A DNA stretch of 64,000 nucleotides from Ptychomitrium polyphyllum (taxonomy: Eukaryota). Shown piece after piece: positions 62,086-64,000 of this stretch (the first letter of the stretch is position 1; the number at the start of each line of letters is the position of its first letter). The notes under the pieces are model-generated. The model did not search any database. It had not been told where the DNA came from and was given only the letters and a program-made list of their open reading frames with translations. A program made the position numbers and the translations under genes. The stretch lies in contig OZ316775.1 in the NCBI GenBank assembly GCA_973851085.1, positions 14,756,001 through 14,820,000 on the forward strand, given 5' to 3'.

Positions 62086-63774
62086 GGTCAGGAGTTGAGT
62101 TCTGCCTCTTTGATTTGTCACGAACTCCCTTGTTTGCAACTGCCCTCACATCAGACACGCAAAAGTGGTTAGAATATTGAGCTATAATTATAACAGCAGA
62201 TGATAATCACGTCGTACGACCAGTAGACCTAAAAATTATCTTTAACAAAAATGATGCAACTTGAACGCAAGGTGAGACTCCTGAAGCGACTCGAAACCTA
62301 GAAATGAGGCTGTTGATTGAAAAAACCGTCTCGGCAAGGTCGAGCTGAGCACACCAGATACACGTTGATGGAGAATGCTACAGTACCGAAATTTGTTCCT
62401 TGTGTTATTACAGCTTTCCTTACTTATCTTCCAATTAGACGTGCATCTAGTGACTATGTTCTGATTAGTCAATTTCACAGATTCCACACCACCAAACGGG
62501 ACATCGACATATAATTGTCCCGTTTGGAAACATGGTGTCAAAAATGGGTGCAGAAATGCGTCAGGAAATGACACATGCGAAGTCTAAGACCTCGTATTGC
62601 AACAAAACGGTAAAGGATTGATAGTTCACCTAATGTTGGTGAAGAGCCACTAAGATTGAATGTCTTCATATCTCCACCGTCCCCATGCCACCACTAACAT
62701 TTGTGACTTAAACGACTTTTGGGCATCTGGTGCTAACTAATCATCTATTTTGATAATTTTTATTTTGGTTTTGGGTCATGATTAACTTCCCGCTTAAAGT
62801 TTTGTAGTATTTTCATTACGGTGAATAAAAATAGAAAAAGATTGGTATTCTTCATAAAAACTTTCTTCCTATAAGCAGAAAATGTTATTCTGTTCATAGC
62901 TCTACTAGAAATAGCGTATACAAAACATTCTACCTCAGAGTTTTTATTATAGTACACACAAGTAAGTATCTGCTGAAGGTTTTATGCTAGTAGAAAATCC
63001 ATTTCTCGGAAACATCACCTAATCAAACCAAGGACGCAGATAACTCACCAACGTTTCATGCCTGGATGGTCTCACAGCACTACGAGTGAAATGTTGGTCA
63101 CAAATTATAAGGTGAGATGAGCACCTCAACGAGCATGGCATGGTCTCCAGACTGAAACATTGAGGAGAGTTTCTTTGGAAATACTCAGCACCTATGATAT
63201 TGTCATCCAGTTCTGCCCGTGCCATTGATATAAAATTCTGCAACTATGAATATCAGTGCCTATTCGCATTGAACCCTAAAGAAAACCACTAGAAGCTACC
63301 ATATTGGAATATGGCAATCTTCCTAATTACAGTTCCCTGATCTCACTACTACCAATTTAACAGAGGACAAGAAATAGAGAGCTATGGTCACCATGCACAG
63401 ACGGTCCACCGCGCACCGTAAGACAAAAGCTCACAAATCTAACGCATCTCACAGCCACCAAATAGAGTAGTTAATTATGATGTCTCAGTTTGGAATCATG
63501 TAGGTTTCCAGTTCTATCTCGCCCTGCGAGACTGTTGTCCTAGACTGTAATGCAGGTAACTAGCTAACAGTTTGAGCTCTATCTGCAGCTCTTCAGGCCT
63601 CAGCTTGCTGATGAGTAAGTTTCTTTCTGAAATGAAGTATGTGATTTCCATAAGTTGGAGTTGGTATTGAGAGGGCCATGCTCCACTGATGCCTCGACCA
63701 TAGATTACATTGCGTGCTTGAATGTTGAAGCATGTGCCAATCAAAGAGTTCTGAGCTGTTCTCTTTTAATATCT

Positions 63775-63906
63775 CCTTTCCTTTTCCTTTTCCTTTTCCT
63801 TTTCCTTTTCCTTTTTCTTTTTCTTTTTCTTTTCCTGTTTCTTTTTCTTTTCATGATTCTTTTTCTTTTCATGTCTCTTTTTCTTTTCCTGTTTCTTTTT
63901 CTTTTT
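63775..63906. repeat. Polypyrimidine/polypurine hexamer repeat (CTTTTC / CTTTTT)n with 18-bp higher-order variants
   Basis: Directly visible; accounts for the FLFLFL ORF on + and K/R/E-rich frames on -. Confidence 0.92.
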
Positions 63907-64000
63907 AAGGCTTCTATTGTGGAAACATAACGAGAATCACTTCACAGGATTGTTGTGACAGGATATCAGCTCTCACTATGAGAACAGTTCAACAGTCACC

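Noticed and set aside
63655..63930. 91-aa + strand ORF with FLFLFL run resembling a membrane protein
   Set aside because: Direct translation of the hexamer microsatellite from a non-ATG start.

Overview
Eukaryotic land-plant nuclear DNA; intron style, G/T-rich leaders and very AT-rich spacers suggest a moss (inference). Six intron-containing protein genes can be spliced by eye with canonical GT-AG junctions: (1) a 26-exon CHD-type SNF2 chromatin remodeller most like animal class III CHD6-9/Kismet (2027..11859, +); (2) a PRCC-family protein (14236..16612, -); (3) a 25-exon TOPLESS/TPR co-repressor (28183..37179, +); (4) an AT-rich MEE60-like membrane protein with unresolved 5' end (45337..46905, +); (5) a TMEM120/TMPIT-family protein (47853..51606, -); (6) an APCB1/nucellin-like aspartyl protease (57623..61127, +). 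Between them are long AT-rich spacers, small tandem and dispersed repeats, and several unexplained coding-like fragments, including a probable relic of a 2-oxoglutarate dioxygenase N-terminus near 62 kb. I saw no rRNA, tRNA, CRISPR array or intact transposon, and no clearly new multi-gene system. The best lead is the CHD gene: class III-like, ending in a PIP-box-like motif, and preceded by a cluster of E2F/MSA/CHR-like sites. Together these suggest a cell-cycle-regulated, possibly PCNA-coupled remodeller (hypothesis). Family assignments come from remembered motifs, not database searches.
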